A stretch of 62,906 bases of DNA, counting the filler, from Perkinsus chesapeaki ATCC PRA-425 (Eukaryota > Protista > Perkinsozoa), in assembly GCA_013115145.1 (NCBI GenBank). It is 3 parts of 3 records of this genome, joined end to end, with 100 filler letters (N's around TTAATTAATTAA, not from the genome) between each part and the next. Parts side by side here need not be neighbours in the genome. Positions count along the whole stretch, not along the records: positions 37,122 to 62,906 come from JAAPAO010000519.1; 2 more parts are not named here. One strand, given 5' to 3'. Positions 62,095-62,906 of the stretch are shown here, in pieces. The position numbers and the translations under genes were made by a program. The notes beneath the pieces are model-generated. The model was not told the DNA's origin, searched no databases, and was given only the letters and a program-made list of their open reading frames with translations. Positions within the stretch are counted from its first letter, which is position 1. Every line of letters begins with the position of its first letter.

Positions 62095-62784
62095 TTAGGG
62101 GACGCCTGAGGTCCCTGCTGCTGTTCCATCACTAGTGGAGGCCGTTGAGTCCGAGGATATTGATCTCTGGTACATGGAGGACTTGTAGTCGCACAAAACG
62201 AAAGTAGTGTGTCGACGGACCGTCATGATACGCTCTAGGTTATCGAAAACGGTACGAAGCTGAGGGGCCAACATTCCACGATGGAGCCCTCGGGAAAATC
62301 TAACACACTTGACAAAGCCTTCGGGAACGTACTTACTGAGGACCTTGGCATTGTTTAGCACCGACGTCCTCCAGCTCATAAGGACTACGTGAATAGAGGG
62401 ATCTCCGAGGCTTACAACGGCCTCTTTTAGGGACGAGCCACATGTTGACTTCGACGTGTGAATGAACTGAAATCTTCTTCTTAATACGTTGGCAATGTCC
62501 ACGGGAAGATAGTTCCGTATAGAGTTGGCGAACAATCCGGGCTCGTGCTCTGACAATATAAACAGACCGTCATTACGGCACTTCAAGAGAAGCTCAGTGA
62601 GTAGACTGGATAATGTTGCTGTATAGTCCTTGGAGAGGCTCTGACCAGGCGGCACTTCATTGCTTTGGATGGCAGAGGTGGGAAAAAGGACATCATCCCA
62701 CTCGATAAAGACGCAACAGTTAGCTGGTGGCAAGACTGCTGATTGCAACATGGATTCGGTATCCGAATCAATAGGAGGTATCAT
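62095..62784 (-). CDS. HAD-like protein of the DWDDTL family, motif I degenerate (EWDDVL)
   Basis: VFIEWDDVLFPTS near the N-terminus, an alpha/beta pattern, and C-terminal VKCVRF...LAPQLRTVFDNLERI. Single exon. Confidence 0.5.
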   Translation of the reverse strand: MIPPIDSDTESMLQSAVLPPANCCVFIEWDDVLFPTSAIQSNEVPPGQSLSKDYTATLSSLLTELLLKCRNDGLFILSEHEPGLFANSIRNYLPVDIANVLRRRFQFIHTSKSTCGSSLKEAVVSLGDPSIHVVLMSWRTSVLNNAKVLSKYVPEGFVKCVRFSRGLHRGMLAPQLRTVFDNLERIMTVRRHTTFVLCDYKSSMYQRSISSDSTASTSDGTAAGTSGVP

Positions 62785-62906
62785 AGGAAATGTAAATACA
62801 ACTGGCAAGCTTAGTGCTGCAAATGAATCTATTTTGTTAAGATGTTCCGTTCATTCTCTTGACGCAACTCGTTGATGGATGCAGGCATAATGAATGAGTG
62901 AGTAGG

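Overview
Eukaryotic, gene-dense, intron-rich DNA. The many ~40-50 nt GT-AG introns, ~50% GC and the gene repertoire suggest a Perkinsus-like alveolate (inference, no database search). The window is three segments joined by two identical artificial 100-nt spacers (N44-TTAATTAATTAA-N44 at 6647-6746 and 37022-37121). Recognisable genes: acylated PP2C phosphatase, NadD-like NMN/NaMN adenylyltransferase, membrane SDR, RPL10A (uL1), CFAP47, a multi-TM protein kinase, a CCDC81-like HU-domain protein, a triple matrin-type zinc-finger protein, PEX1, a CAMK-like kinase, CFAP100, WDR46/UTP7, class II dihydroorotase, a WDR59/WDR24-like RING protein and a HAD-like protein. The main finding is invisible in the ORF track: a 7-exon gene (47035-48426) encoding a probably myristoylated glutathione peroxidase with an in-frame UGA at the catalytic position (Sec54), fused to a CPHC dithiol glutaredoxin, followed by a well-formed SECIS element (48475-48543). 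Second is a box C/D snoRNA candidate with correct K-turn register in the RPL10A intron. Exon structures were traced by eye; some gene ends are approximate.
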